Assembly (NCBI GenBank): GCA_964603505.1 | Contig: CAZRVT010000002.1 | Location: 10,312 to 74,311 of the forward strand | Source of the DNA: an uncultured Holophagales bacterium | GTDB taxonomy: Bacteria; Acidobacteriota; Thermoanaerobaculia; UBA2201 | Length of the DNA: 64,000 bases | Reading direction: 5' to 3' | Shown: one piece after another, positions 44,395 to 54,070 of the stretch | Layout of the letters: every line of letters begins with the position of its first letter | Position numbering within the stretch: position 1 is the stretch's first letter | Notes under the pieces: model-generated | The model's database searches: none | Told to the model about the DNA's origin: nothing | Seen by the model: the letters and a program-made list of their open reading frames with translations, nothing else | Translations under genes and position numbers: made by a program

Positions 44395-46665
44395 TCAGCT
44401 CCGAATGGCGAGGAGCCGGTGGGTGCCCAGGGCGGTGAAGGCGATCAGGGGAGTCAGCGCGGCGGTGAGCGGATGGAGGGCGCCGAGGTCTCCGAGCTTG
44501 GCGCACACCGCGGCCGAGGCCCACAAGACGAGGCCGACGAGAATGCTGCGGCCCAGGCCGGCCCAGGGGGAGCCGCTCCGGAGGCCCGCCAGCGTGGCGA
44601 CCAGGGCGAGAAGGACGAGGAGCGCCAGAAACCATGGATAGAGGATCTTCTGCCAGAGCCGGACCTGCCACTCCACCGGATTGTAGCCCACGCCGCGCAG
44701 GGCCCGGATGTAGCCTGCCAGTTGCAGGGCGTTCATCATGCGGGGCTCGTCGAGCACTTGGCCGAAGAGCGCGGGGGTGTCCGGAATGGGGAGCACCGCG
44801 TCCTTTCGTTCATCGTATTGCACCGTGGGGCCGGGGCGGATCGTGCGGACCCATCCGTCCGGCGTCACCCAGCGGCCTGCCTGAAACTGCGCTTGGGCGC
44901 ACGACCAGTGCTGGTCCAGCTCCCCTCCGGGCGGGATGCGGAAGGCGTTTAGATTGTAAAGAAGGGCGTTCCGCTGGTCATACCCGCTGTAGCGGTAGAT
45001 CCAGCCGTCGGAGCCGCTGAGATAGAGATCGCGGGAAAAGAATCGGCCCACCTTGGCGCGGGCCGGTTTGGCGAGGATGGTCTTTCGAAGTTCGAGCATC
45101 TTGCGGTTGGACAGGGGCAGGTAGACCTCCGAAATGGCGAAGAGCAAAGCCCCGAAGGCCACCACGGTCAGCATGAAGGTGGCCGCCACCCTCTGCCAGG
45201 AGATCCCCAGGCTCTTGAGCGCCGAGAGTTCGCGGTGCCGCTCGAGGGCGGTCAGGGCCAGAGCCGTGGCGCCGAGCGCGGCGAGGGGGAGGATGTAGTC
45301 GTAGGTCACTTGGGGGAGGGAGAAGAGGTAGTAGGCCGCCACCGTGCGGAGGGGGACCTGGTGCCGCTGGACGTCGTCGGCCAGCTGCGAGAAATCGACC
45401 CCCACATAAAGGATCATGATGGTGGCGATGCCGAGGAGGAGGAAGGGGAGCCAAGTCCGGAGGAGATAGGCGTCCAGGACGAACGGGAACGCTCGGCGGA
45501 GGTCCCGCTCCTGCGGGAGGCCCCGGAGCCGGATGCGCGCCGCCCAGCCGCGCCAGGGGAGGGGAGGAAACCGGAACGACGGGATCATGGCGTAGGCGGC
45601 CGCCAGCATGCCGAACCCCAGGACGGGGGCCCACAGGGCGACCCCTGCGGCGATCTTGCCCTCGACGGCCAGATTTTCGCCCAGAGTGAGGAATATATAA
45701 TCGCTAAGAATGATCAAGAGCGAAAGCACGAAGATCGGACCGCGTCCGGCCTCCCGCGCCGAGGTCCGGCGCAGACCAAGGGCGAAGGCGAGGAAGAGGA
45801 AGACCAGCGTGGTCGCTGGGATGGCCAGCCGCTTATGGAACTCCGCCGCCGATCGTCGGCGGAGCCGATCGTCCGTGGACCCCATGCCGGAAACGAGCTC
45901 CTCCATGGTCCGCTCGCGGAAGCCCTTGGCATAGGTGGCCGTGGAATCCGTCCAGGGAGGATAAAGGAGCAGATCCTGCTCTCCGGCGAAGTTGACCTGG
46001 TACTTCTGGCCCGCGGAATACAGCAAGTTCCGGGACCCCAGCAGCTTCAGCCAGATTTGATTGCCGTCGGGGTTCAGGTAGAGTTCGCCCCGCCGCGCGC
46101 AGAGGACCTGATCCACGAGGGGCTGGCTATAGTCGAAGATGATGACATCTCGCCAGAGCCGCTTGTTCTCGGAGATTTCGCGCATGAAGAGAATCTTGCC
46201 GGGAAAGGAGTCGAGGAAGGTTTTGGCCTGGACATTTTGGGTGAGGGAGGATTGAAGCAGCTCCAGCCGGTACCGCACCAATCGACTGTTGCTCCAGGGC
46301 AGGATGTAGACCATGATGATCAGGTTCAACAATACGAACGCCATGCCGGAGGCGATAATCGGAACCATAACACGCTTCCGTGAGAAGCCGAGAGAATAGA
46401 AGGCGAGGATCTCGCGCCCTGCCTGCATCTTGCTGACTGCGAACAGGACGCCGTACAGCACGGCCATCGGAATCGTGACTCCGAGGATGGAAGGAAAGCC
46501 CAGCAGGATGATGAAGAGGGATTTGTAAAGGGGGATGCCATGCCGGAGCGAGAGCTCCGAAACTTCGAGGAATGCCCGAACGAGAAACAAACTGGTGTAG
46601 AGGAGCAGGCCAAGGAGAACGGCCGGCATGATCTCGCCGCGCAGATATCGGTTCAGAAGGCGCAT
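44395..46665 (-). CDS. Fused LptF-LptG-type (YjgP/YjgQ family) LPS export permease, two permease modules in one 756-aa polypeptide
   Basis: Two successive 6-TM YjgP/YjgQ-like halves, each with a periplasmic beta-jellyroll insert; N-terminus MRLLNRYL(R) characteristic of LptF/G. Confidence 0.7.
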   Translation of the reverse strand: MRLLNRYLRGEIMPAVLLGLLLYTSLFLVRAFLEVSELSLRHGIPLYKSLFIILLGFPSILGVTIPMAVLYGVLFAVSKMQAGREILAFYSLGFSRKRVMVPIIASGMAFVLLNLIIMVYILPWSNSRLVRYRLELLQSSLTQNVQAKTFLDSFPGKILFMREISENKRLWRDVIIFDYSQPLVDQVLCARRGELYLNPDGNQIWLKLLGSRNLLYSAGQKYQVNFAGEQDLLLYPPWTDSTATYAKGFRERTMEELVSGMGSTDDRLRRRSAAEFHKRLAIPATTLVFLFLAFALGLRRTSAREAGRGPIFVLSLLIILSDYIFLTLGENLAVEGKIAAGVALWAPVLGFGMLAAAYAMIPSFRFPPLPWRGWAARIRLRGLPQERDLRRAFPFVLDAYLLRTWLPFLLLGIATIMILYVGVDFSQLADDVQRHQVPLRTVAAYYLFSLPQVTYDYILPLAALGATALALTALERHRELSALKSLGISWQRVAATFMLTVVAFGALLFAISEVYLPLSNRKMLELRKTILAKPARAKVGRFFSRDLYLSGSDGWIYRYSGYDQRNALLYNLNAFRIPPGGELDQHWSCAQAQFQAGRWVTPDGWVRTIRPGPTVQYDERKDAVLPIPDTPALFGQVLDEPRMMNALQLAGYIRALRGVGYNPVEWQVRLWQKILYPWFLALLVLLALVATLAGLRSGSPWAGLGRSILVGLVLWASAAVCAKLGDLGALHPLTAALTPLIAFTALGTHRLLAIRS

Positions 46666-46744
46666 TCGCTTTTAATTATAGCACGAATATTACGTCCGAT
46701 AATATATATTATGTAAAATAAATGATAATAATTAAAACCCTTCC

Positions 46745-47614
46745 CTATTGGGAGGCTTTTAATTTCTTCTTTGTTTTCTGATCGTCTTGGGTGATCCCCT
46801 CTTTCTCGATTCGCTCAATTATAGAGTGAAGAAAAGAAATCAGCGATTCTTTGTCGATTCCTTCCTTTTTAAACTTTAATTTTATTTCGATTGGATGATC
46901 GGATGACTTCGCTTTAAATAAAGCAAAATCCGTCGCTCTAGAGTTCTCTTTGCGCATTCTTCTTATCACTTCCCTACCTTTGCCCTCCATAATTGCGTCG
47001 ATTAATTCGCGCATTTTCACTAAGTCGGGCGATTTTGCTATTTCAAGGAGCATCGATTTAGCGCTTATGTCGGCATGCCGACAGAGACTCTTAATCTCGT
47101 CGGGCATCGAAGCAATTGCAAGGATTTCGGTAATGGTAGATCTTTTTTTCCCGATCTTCTGAGAAATCATTTCATGCGTATAGCCGTATTTTTCTTGAAG
47201 AACTTGATATCCCTGAGCTTCCTCAAAGGGATCAAGTTCCTGGCGCTGGAGATTCTCTACAAGAGCGACTTCCAAACTTTGAGCGTCGTTTTCCACGGGT
47301 ATCTCGATGCACGGAAGATGACTCAATCCGCAGGCCAATGCAGCGTGATAGCGCCGTTCACCAGCAATGATTTTGCATTTGCCGTCTTCGAGGGGCTGAA
47401 CAAGAAGAGGCTCTAATACCCCATAATTGTGAATGGATTGAATCAATCCCTCCAGGTCGCCGAGATTCTTTCTTGGCTGATCGGGATTGACGACGATCGC
47501 TTCAATCGGGATCATCTTCCCAAGCGAATGATCGTCCCGGCTGAACAGGGTGTCGATAAAATGTGGCGAATGACGCATTTTTTTATCGTCTGGAAGTCCC
47601 CTTTTTTTAGACAC
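46745..47614 (-). CDS. parB: Chromosome/plasmid partitioning protein ParB (Spo0J-like)
   Basis: ParB/Srx N-domain (IVVNPDQPR..., GERRYHAA) and HTH region; 8-nt overlap with parA; markedly lower GC than the genome background. Confidence 0.8.
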   Translation of the reverse strand: MSKKRGLPDDKKMRHSPHFIDTLFSRDDHSLGKMIPIEAIVVNPDQPRKNLGDLEGLIQSIHNYGVLEPLLVQPLEDGKCKIIAGERRYHAALACGLSHLPCIEIPVENDAQSLEVALVENLQRQELDPFEEAQGYQVLQEKYGYTHEMISQKIGKKRSTITEILAIASMPDEIKSLCRHADISAKSMLLEIAKSPDLVKMRELIDAIMEGKGREVIRRMRKENSRATDFALFKAKSSDHPIEIKLKFKKEGIDKESLISFLHSIIERIEKEGITQDDQKTKKKLKASQ

Positions 47615-48362
47615 GGCTCAGCACCTCTTCTGTTAATTGATAATATTCAAGGGCTCCACGGGAGCTTGGCGCGAAGGAGAAGATGTCTTCTTTATAGGCC
47701 GGCGCCTCTTCGAGGCGGACATTTTTGTGGATGATTGTTTTGAACAACTTGGCCCCAAAGGTCTTGTTGATCTGCTGGTGAATGTCTCGGGAGAGAATCG
47801 TGCGGCCATCGTATATGGTTAATAGTACACCGAGGATTTGGAGGGAGGGGTTCACCCGTTTCTTGACTTTGTCGATGGTTTCCACGAGATCGTCGGTCCC
47901 TTCCAAAGCAAAATACGAGGATTGAATGGGCACTAAGACATGGGTGGAAGCGACCATGCAGTTAACGGTCAGAATTCCAAGGGTGGGAGGCGTATCGATT
48001 ACAATATATTGGTATTCACCCACGAGGGGCTGAAGAGCGTCTTTAAGGCAAAAATGGGCCTCCAATTCGCCCGCGAGTGCGTTCTCTAACTTGGCCAAAG
48101 CAATGGCGGAAGGTGCAATATCTAGATGCTCGGTGCGTGTATGCTGGATAATGTCACGGATCCTGCAACCTCCGGGCACAAGGGCGTCGTAGATGTTTCG
48201 ACTTCCGGGCTCTGGTCGAATAAAAGAAATCGTCGCATTGGCTTGAGGGTCCATGTCGACGAGCAGGGTGCGAATGCCCTTGCGGGCCAATGCGGCGGAG
48301 AGATTGATTGCTGTGGTCGTTTTCCCCACGCCCCCTTTTTGATTGGCGACCGAAATGATCAT
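47607..48362 (-). CDS. parA: ParA/Soj-family partitioning ATPase
   Basis: Deviant Walker A KGGVGKTTTAINL, MIISVANQKGG N-terminus, Walker B IVIDTPP. Confidence 0.85.
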   Translation of the reverse strand: MIISVANQKGGVGKTTTAINLSAALARKGIRTLLVDMDPQANATISFIRPEPGSRNIYDALVPGGCRIRDIIQHTRTEHLDIAPSAIALAKLENALAGELEAHFCLKDALQPLVGEYQYIVIDTPPTLGILTVNCMVASTHVLVPIQSSYFALEGTDDLVETIDKVKKRVNPSLQILGVLLTIYDGRTILSRDIHQQINKTFGAKLFKTIIHKNVRLEEAPAYKEDIFSFAPSSRGALEYYQLTEEVLSRV

Positions 48363-48373
48363 GGCGCGCTTCC

Positions 48374-48859
48374 CTACATTTTGTATTTTCCGAGCGATTC
48401 CGGATCCAGGTCTTCAAGCCATCGTCGAAGTTTCTCCGCTTCATCCCCTTCGGAGGAAATGTCAATGCTCTGGGCCCGCTCCAAGACCGTGGAGTCGGCG
48501 AAAATCGGGCACCCGCTTCGGACGGCCAGGGCGATGGCATCGGAAGGACGGCAGTCGATGAGGTGCTCCGACTCCCCCACCCGCAGGCGGATTACCGCGA
48601 AAAAGATGTTGTCCTCCAACGCGCTGATCAGGACATCCACGATGCGGGCGCCTAATTTATCGAGGACGGCATTGAACAGATCATGAGTCATGGGGCGGGG
48701 TGAGGTGACGCTGTCCAATTTCATGGCGATCGCGTTGGCCTCAAAAATGCCAATCCAGATCGGAAGATAGCGCGTAGCGCCCTCCTGTTGGAGGATAAGA
48801 ACGGGCATGTTGGACACCGGATCGAGAATGATCCCTTTAAGAACCATGGCGATTTGCAT
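48374..48859 (-). CDS. Bifunctional nuclease family protein (BFN/DUF151-like)
   Basis: LDPVSNMPVLILQ...YLPIWIG..EA.AIA......PRPMTHDL...CRPSDAIALA pattern of the bifunctional-nuclease domain. Confidence 0.65.
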   Translation of the reverse strand: MQIAMVLKGIILDPVSNMPVLILQQEGATRYLPIWIGIFEANAIAMKLDSVTSPRPMTHDLFNAVLDKLGARIVDVLISALEDNIFFAVIRLRVGESEHLIDCRPSDAIALAVRSGCPIFADSTVLERAQSIDISSEGDEAEKLRRWLEDLDPESLGKYKM

Positions 48860-48967
48860 AGAAATGGCCTTAGTGTAGGAGATGGCAACTCGTTTGTCAA
48901 GGGGCGGATCTTGAATTCAGGAGAGCGTTCGCGATACAATGCGTTATCAGACCTAAAGGAGAATCTT

Positions 48968-50638
48968 ATGCGCGCCATCATGTTCGGATTCCTCTTGTTT
49001 TCATGTCTCGCAGCGGCCCAATCCACGGCCAAACCAGATCCACGCGCCTTCGTGGCGGCGATGACCGAGCGGGTCGCACCCATGGCAAAGGCGATAGCCC
49101 TTAATTATTGGGAAGCGACCGCAACCGGGCGGCAAGAGCTTTATGCCCGGCAAGGGGAGCTCGAGCTGCAGTTGCGCAAGGTCTTCGCCGATCGGGCAGG
49201 CTTCGAAGCCCTCAAAGCGTTTCGGTCCGATAGCCGCATTACCGATCCCTTGCTCCGCCGCCAGATTGAGGTGCTGTATCTGTCGTTTTTAGAAAACCAG
49301 ATTGATCCGGAATTGATGGAGAAAATAGTCGCCCTTGGGAGCGCCATTGAGGGCAAATTCAACACCCACCGAGCGGAATTTGAAGGAAAGAAAGTAGCGG
49401 ACAACACGCTGGCAGAGGTTCTGAAGACCGACACCGACGAGGCCCGACGAAAAGCCGCCTGGGAGGCCTCCAAAACCGTTGGCGCCGTCGTTGTCTCCGA
49501 CCTGCTTCAGCTCGTCCGGTTGCGCAATGAGGCGGCGCGGCAGCTGGGGTTCCGCAATTATTACGAGATGCGGCTGGCCGTCAATGAGCAGGATCCTCGC
49601 GAGATTGGACGAATCTTTGAAGAGTTGGCCAAGGCCACCGAAGAGCCTTTCCTGAAGGTGAAAGACAAGATCGATGCCGCGATCGAGAAACGCTTCGGGA
49701 TCACCCGCGCCTCGATTCGTCCCCATCACTATCAGGATTTCTTTTTTCAAGAGATCCAAGAAGTTGGCGATGTGAACATGGACAGCCAGTTGAAGGACAA
49801 GGACGTTCGAAAAATTGCCGAGTCCTTTTACAATAGTATCGGGCTTTCGGTCACGGCCATGCTGGACCGTTCCGATCTGTATGAGCGGGAAGGCAAATAC
49901 CAGCATGCCTACTGCACCGACATCGACCGGCATGGCGACGTACGCACCATGTGCTCCCTGCGCAACAACCGGTATTGGCTGGAGACCCTGATGCACGAGC
50001 TCGGGCATGGCGTTTACTGCATGAATATCGATCGGACGCTTCCCTGGCTTTTGCGGGAGGAGGCGCACACCTTCACCACCGAGGCGATCGCGGAATTGTT
50101 CGGCACTTTGCCCACCAATCCCGTTTGGCTCAAAAAGGCGGCGGGCATTCCCGGCCCCGTGGTGGACACATGGGCCCCGACGCTCGAACTGGAACGGAAG
50201 ATGGGGCTGTTGATCTTCTGCCGCTGGAGTTTAGTCATGCTCCATTTTGAGCGCGCCCTTTATGAAAATCCGGACCAGGACCTCAACCGCCTCTGGTGGG
50301 ACCTCGTGGAGAAATACCAGAAGGTTCGTCGACCCGATGGACGCAATCTCCCCGACTGGGCGGCCAAGATTCATCTCGCCAGCTATCCTGTGTATTACCA
50401 TAATTACATGCTTGGCAACCTGCTGGCCTCGCAGTTGCTGCATTACATGGCCTCCAAGATCACCGGTCAGAAGGAGATCGCAATGCTGGACTTCACTGGA
50501 GACAAGCGCCTTGGGAAATACCTGCAGGAAGCGATCTTTGCCCCCGGAAAAACCCTGAGGTGGGACGAACTCATCCGCAAGGCCACCGGGGAGCCCCTGA
50601 CCGCAAAGTATTTTGCCATGGATGTGGCGATCAAGTGA
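48968..50638 (+). CDS. Secreted zinc metallopeptidase, ACE-like (M2-family peptidyl-dipeptidase type), HEXXH
   Basis: Signal peptide (MRAIMFGFLLFSCLAAAQS); gluzincin HELGHG motif with a downstream Glu; overall ~560-aa all-helical architecture and C-terminal YPxYYxxY-like pattern as in ACE homologues; family call tentative (M2 vs M3/M32). Confidence 0.55.
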   Translation: MRAIMFGFLLFSCLAAAQSTAKPDPRAFVAAMTERVAPMAKAIALNYWEATATGRQELYARQGELELQLRKVFADRAGFEALKAFRSDSRITDPLLRRQIEVLYLSFLENQIDPELMEKIVALGSAIEGKFNTHRAEFEGKKVADNTLAEVLKTDTDEARRKAAWEASKTVGAVVVSDLLQLVRLRNEAARQLGFRNYYEMRLAVNEQDPREIGRIFEELAKATEEPFLKVKDKIDAAIEKRFGITRASIRPHHYQDFFFQEIQEVGDVNMDSQLKDKDVRKIAESFYNSIGLSVTAMLDRSDLYEREGKYQHAYCTDIDRHGDVRTMCSLRNNRYWLETLMHELGHGVYCMNIDRTLPWLLREEAHTFTTEAIAELFGTLPTNPVWLKKAAGIPGPVVDTWAPTLELERKMGLLIFCRWSLVMLHFERALYENPDQDLNRLWWDLVEKYQKVRRPDGRNLPDWAAKIHLASYPVYYHNYMLGNLLASQLLHYMASKITGQKEIAMLDFTGDKRLGKYLQEAIFAPGKTLRWDELIRKATGEPLTAKYFAMDVAIK

Positions 50639-50660
50639 TAGTAAATAATTCTATAATTAT

Positions 50661-51293
50661 ATGATAGTATCAGAAATATTTTATAGTATTCAGGGGGAGG
50701 CCCAGGCCATGGGTCTCCCCTGCTGTTTTGTGCGCCTTTCGGGGTGTCCGTTCCGTTGCACCTACTGCGATACCGCCTATGCCGCCGAATCGGGCGGGGA
50801 ATCCCTTTCCATTCCAGACATCCTCGGGCGCCTCGCCGCCTACCCCTGCCGCCTGGCTGAGGTGACGGGTGGGGAACCGCTCGCCCAGCCCGATACCCCC
50901 GAGCTTCTCCGCGCCCTTCTCGACGCCGGATATTCCACTCTGCTGGAAACTTCCGGGCATCTCCCGCTCGGCCGGGTGCCGTCCGAAACCCGCATCGTCA
51001 TGGACATCAAGACCCCCGGGAGCGGCCGTCCGGGGTTCCATCCCCGGACGATTGAACGCCTGGGGACCGGCGACTCCATAAAGTTCGTGATCTGCGGCAG
51101 GGAAGACCATGACTGGGCCGTCGCCCGGGTTCGGGAACTAGACTTAGCCAGCCGGGTCCCGGTCTATTTTTCGCCTGCCTGGGGAAGGGTCCGGCCGGAT
51201 GACCTAGCGGCCTGGATCCTCCAGTCGGGCCTCCCCATCCGGCTCCATCTCCCGCTCCACAAGATCGTCTGGGGCGATCAACGGGGCGTCTGA
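50661..51293 (+). CDS. queE: 7-carboxy-7-deazaguanine synthase QueE (radical SAM, short form)
   Basis: MIVSEIFYSIQGEA N-terminus, CxxxCxxC (CPFRCTYCDT) cluster, ~210 aa. Confidence 0.8.
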   Translation: MIVSEIFYSIQGEAQAMGLPCCFVRLSGCPFRCTYCDTAYAAESGGESLSIPDILGRLAAYPCRLAEVTGGEPLAQPDTPELLRALLDAGYSTLLETSGHLPLGRVPSETRIVMDIKTPGSGRPGFHPRTIERLGTGDSIKFVICGREDHDWAVARVRELDLASRVPVYFSPAWGRVRPDDLAAWILQSGLPIRLHLPLHKIVWGDQRGV

Positions 51294-53203
51294 GCGGGCC
51301 GTTTCCACCGCCGCGCCGCCGCCGCGATCCTCCGGTACCCAATCCGCCATTCCCCTCCCGATCCCCATTCGGCTTCCGGACCGAAGGAGCCCCGCCGGTA
51401 GGCCTGGAAGAAGGCGGTCGTTTCCCGGTCCAGCGCCGGCTCCCGGCGGCGGAAGACGGCCTCAACCCCTTCCGGCGCCAGGGTGTCCTCCCTTAATCCT
51501 TGGCTGAGAGCGACCCGGCGGCGGAGGCGCCGGTACTTTCCCATCAATCCCGCCATCGGCCTCCGGCGTCGCAGGGCCCAGGCGAACAGCATCCCAAGGG
51601 CGGCGAGGCCGAGGAAAAGCCCGGCGATCCTCGTCGGCGCCCCGGCCCGCTCCTCAAGCGCCCGCAAAAGGTCCATCTGGTCCGGAAACGCGAACCCGAT
51701 GACATACCGGTCCCAGAAGAATGAAACGGTTTCCCACATGAACCCGACGCGCGATTGCATGGTCCCCCGCTCGAGGGGGGGGCGGAACTCCGGCGGCGTG
51801 GGGTCCAGCACGATCCACTCGCCGTCGATCCAGGCCTCGACCCAAGCGTGGGCGTTGCGGAACCGCACGACATAATAGTCCTGAAAGGGATTGTGCTCGC
51901 CCCCCATGAACCCCGCGGCCACCCGTGCCGGGATTCCCCTGGTTCGCAGGAGCAGCGCGCCGGCCGAGGCGAACATCTCGCAATGCCCCCGTTTCCGCTC
52001 CAGGAGGAACTCCGCCAACGCCCCGGGGCCCTTCTCATAATCCTCCAGGCCGTACCGGTACTCCATGGCGAACAGGCGGAGCATGGCCCCGGCCTGCTCC
52101 CGGGCGGGACGGTCTGCCGGGATGGCCCGGTCGGCCACCGTCCGCAACACCCCGGCCAGTTCCTCGGGGACCGACCCATCGGCCTCCTCGGGCGGCGCGG
52201 TGACCGCCGCCGCCGCCCGATCGATGAAGACGCGATAACTGAACTGCCGCTGGGCGAGCCAGGGCGAGAGCCTCACCGTTCCGTCGTCCCCGGCATGGGC
52301 GTAGGCGAGGGCCGCTTCAAGCCCTGCGGCCCCGTACGGCAGGGGCAGGTACTGCGGCGTGAGGTCCTTGGGGAAGGCCTCCAGCGAGGTGCGGACGGAC
52401 CCCTCTTGAGGCCCCAGCCACAGGCGCCCGTCCGGTCGGAACCGCCTCAGGCGGTAGCGGGCGCCCGGGTCGCTCCAGTTCCCCCGGCGGAACACGCTGA
52501 AGGTCCGGGCCCGGAGGCGGAGGGCCTCTTCGTCCACACTCCCCCCTTCGAATCTGACCCGCAAGGCCACCCGTTCGTCGTCGGCCGTGTCGGCCATTCC
52601 GCCGACCCCCAAGGTGTCCAGGGAGAAGGTCCTCGCCCCCTCCGGTCGGGCCCGCCCTCCCGGGACATACGGTCCCCGCAAGCGGGGCAGCATCAGGAAC
52701 AGGGGCCCCGCGAGCACGAGACAGGCAAGGACCAAGAGGGTGCCTCCCCGTCGCGCACCGCCCGGCGATGCCCCGATGCCCCGCATCATCCACGAGCAGA
52801 ACAGTCCGGCGAGGGCCAGGAGGTGGAGCGCAAGGGCGGGGTGAGTGGAGTTGGCGGCCCCCGCCACCGCCAGGAAGAACACGAGGAGGGCGAACTGCGC
52901 CTGGTCCCGGCCGGAGCGCAGGTGGAAGGCCTTCAGGGCGATCAGGCTGAGAGACAGATGGACGGCGACCTGAATGAGCCGCCGGGAAAGAAATGCCATG
53001 TCGAGGACGAAGAGGGCCAAACACGCGAGCGACAGGAGGTTCATCCACCGGGCCTTCAAGGCGGGAGGGGCCACGCCGCGCCGGCTGCGCCACCCTTGGG
53101 CGGCCAGCGGCAGGGCGTAGAGCCCCGCCGCCCACCACGGCACCAGCCCGGTCAGCGGAAGCGGGAGGGCCGCCAGAAGGGCGGCCGCGAGGAGGTCGGT
53201 CAT
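51278..53203 (-). CDS. Transglutaminase-like domain membrane protein (DUF3488-type N-terminus plus TGase core)
   Basis: Multi-TM N-terminal region then GHCEMFASAGALLLRTRGIPARV...HAWVEAW...D transglutaminase triad; start MTDLLAAA chosen (ATGA overlap with upstream DUF58 gene) inside the 846-aa track ORF. Confidence 0.7.
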   Translation of the reverse strand: MTDLLAAALLAALPLPLTGLVPWWAAGLYALPLAAQGWRSRRGVAPPALKARWMNLLSLACLALFVLDMAFLSRRLIQVAVHLSLSLIALKAFHLRSGRDQAQFALLVFFLAVAGAANSTHPALALHLLALAGLFCSWMMRGIGASPGGARRGGTLLVLACLVLAGPLFLMLPRLRGPYVPGGRARPEGARTFSLDTLGVGGMADTADDERVALRVRFEGGSVDEEALRLRARTFSVFRRGNWSDPGARYRLRRFRPDGRLWLGPQEGSVRTSLEAFPKDLTPQYLPLPYGAAGLEAALAYAHAGDDGTVRLSPWLAQRQFSYRVFIDRAAAAVTAPPEEADGSVPEELAGVLRTVADRAIPADRPAREQAGAMLRLFAMEYRYGLEDYEKGPGALAEFLLERKRGHCEMFASAGALLLRTRGIPARVAAGFMGGEHNPFQDYYVVRFRNAHAWVEAWIDGEWIVLDPTPPEFRPPLERGTMQSRVGFMWETVSFFWDRYVIGFAFPDQMDLLRALEERAGAPTRIAGLFLGLAALGMLFAWALRRRRPMAGLMGKYRRLRRRVALSQGLREDTLAPEGVEAVFRRREPALDRETTAFFQAYRRGSFGPEAEWGSGGEWRIGYRRIAAAARRWKRPAQTPR

Positions 53204-54066
53204 CCCTCGGGCTCCACCAGAGCGAGGAACCCGAGGAGCCGGCGCCGCTGCCCCTCCCCGGTCGCGGCTTCGAACCGACGGGCCGGGGTCGCCAGTCCGA
53301 CCGCCTCGCCGCGGCGGAGGAGCCGGTCGCAGGCGGCGGCGGCCGCTTCGACGTCCCGTTCGAAACGCGCCGCGTCCCGCGTCCGCGTGTCCAAGAAGAT
53401 CTCGACGCCGCCGCGGGCCCGGTGGTCGTATTCCACGGCGATCAACTGGCCCCGCTGCGCCGTTTTCTTCCAGTGGACATGGCGCGGGTCGTCCCCGTCC
53501 TGGAAGCCCCGGAGACCTCGGTGGTCGAAGACCTCCCCCCATCGGCTGGCCCGCTCCTCCTGCCCGTGTTCCCGCCGCCGGCCCCGGGGCGGATCGTGCC
53601 ACGCTTCCAGGGCGGGATAGACGAGCACCGGATCGCGCCCCCCCTCCTCGCGGCCCCAGGAAAGGAGCCCGAAGGGGAAGCGGCTCTCGATCCGGAGGGT
53701 CGGCAGAGGGTGGAGGCCGCGCCGGGCGAACACCGCCCCGAAGCGGACCTGTCGGGCGCCTCCGGCCGGCACCGGGGGGCAGGAACGGCCGTTGATCAAG
53801 ACCCCGGACTGCTCCCATCGGGCCCGGTTGCGCACCTCGATGAAGACATCGGCCGGCTTGCGCGCGAAGAGCTCCCCGGCGTTGACGCTGCCGATCTCCA
53901 ACCGCCGCAGGGAGAGGATGGAGGCGGTGCCCGAGACCACCAGCAGGCCCAGCAGGAGGGCGGCGACCATGTAGAGCGCGTTGTTCCCGGTGTTGGCCGC
54001 GGCAGCCATCACCACGGCGGAAAGGAGAATGTAGGCCGCCCCCAGGGGGAGAAGGCGGATCCGCAT
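53200..54066 (-). CDS. DUF58-domain protein (VWA-like, MoxR-associated)
   Basis: N-terminal TM pair then DUF58 pattern; lies between a MoxR ATPase and a transglutaminase-domain gene as in Bat-type operons. Confidence 0.7.
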   Translation of the reverse strand: MRIRLLPLGAAYILLSAVVMAAAANTGNNALYMVAALLLGLLVVSGTASILSLRRLEIGSVNAGELFARKPADVFIEVRNRARWEQSGVLINGRSCPPVPAGGARQVRFGAVFARRGLHPLPTLRIESRFPFGLLSWGREEGGRDPVLVYPALEAWHDPPRGRRREHGQEERASRWGEVFDHRGLRGFQDGDDPRHVHWKKTAQRGQLIAVEYDHRARGGVEIFLDTRTRDAARFERDVEAAAAACDRLLRRGEAVGLATPARRFEAATGEGQRRRLLGFLALVEPEG

Positions 54067-54070
54067 GCGG

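Noticed and set aside
46673-46680. 8-bp direct repeats TAATTATA as bona fide target-site duplication of a mobile element
   Set aside because: Both copies lie in extremely AT-rich DNA where an 8-mer match is plausible by chance, and no integrase/transposase is present. It is kept only as a weak note within the low-GC block finding.
50639-50660. Possible preQ1 riboswitch upstream of queE
   Set aside because: Only 22 nt of AT-rich spacer, too short for the preQ1-I/II aptamer and lacking its conserved motifs.
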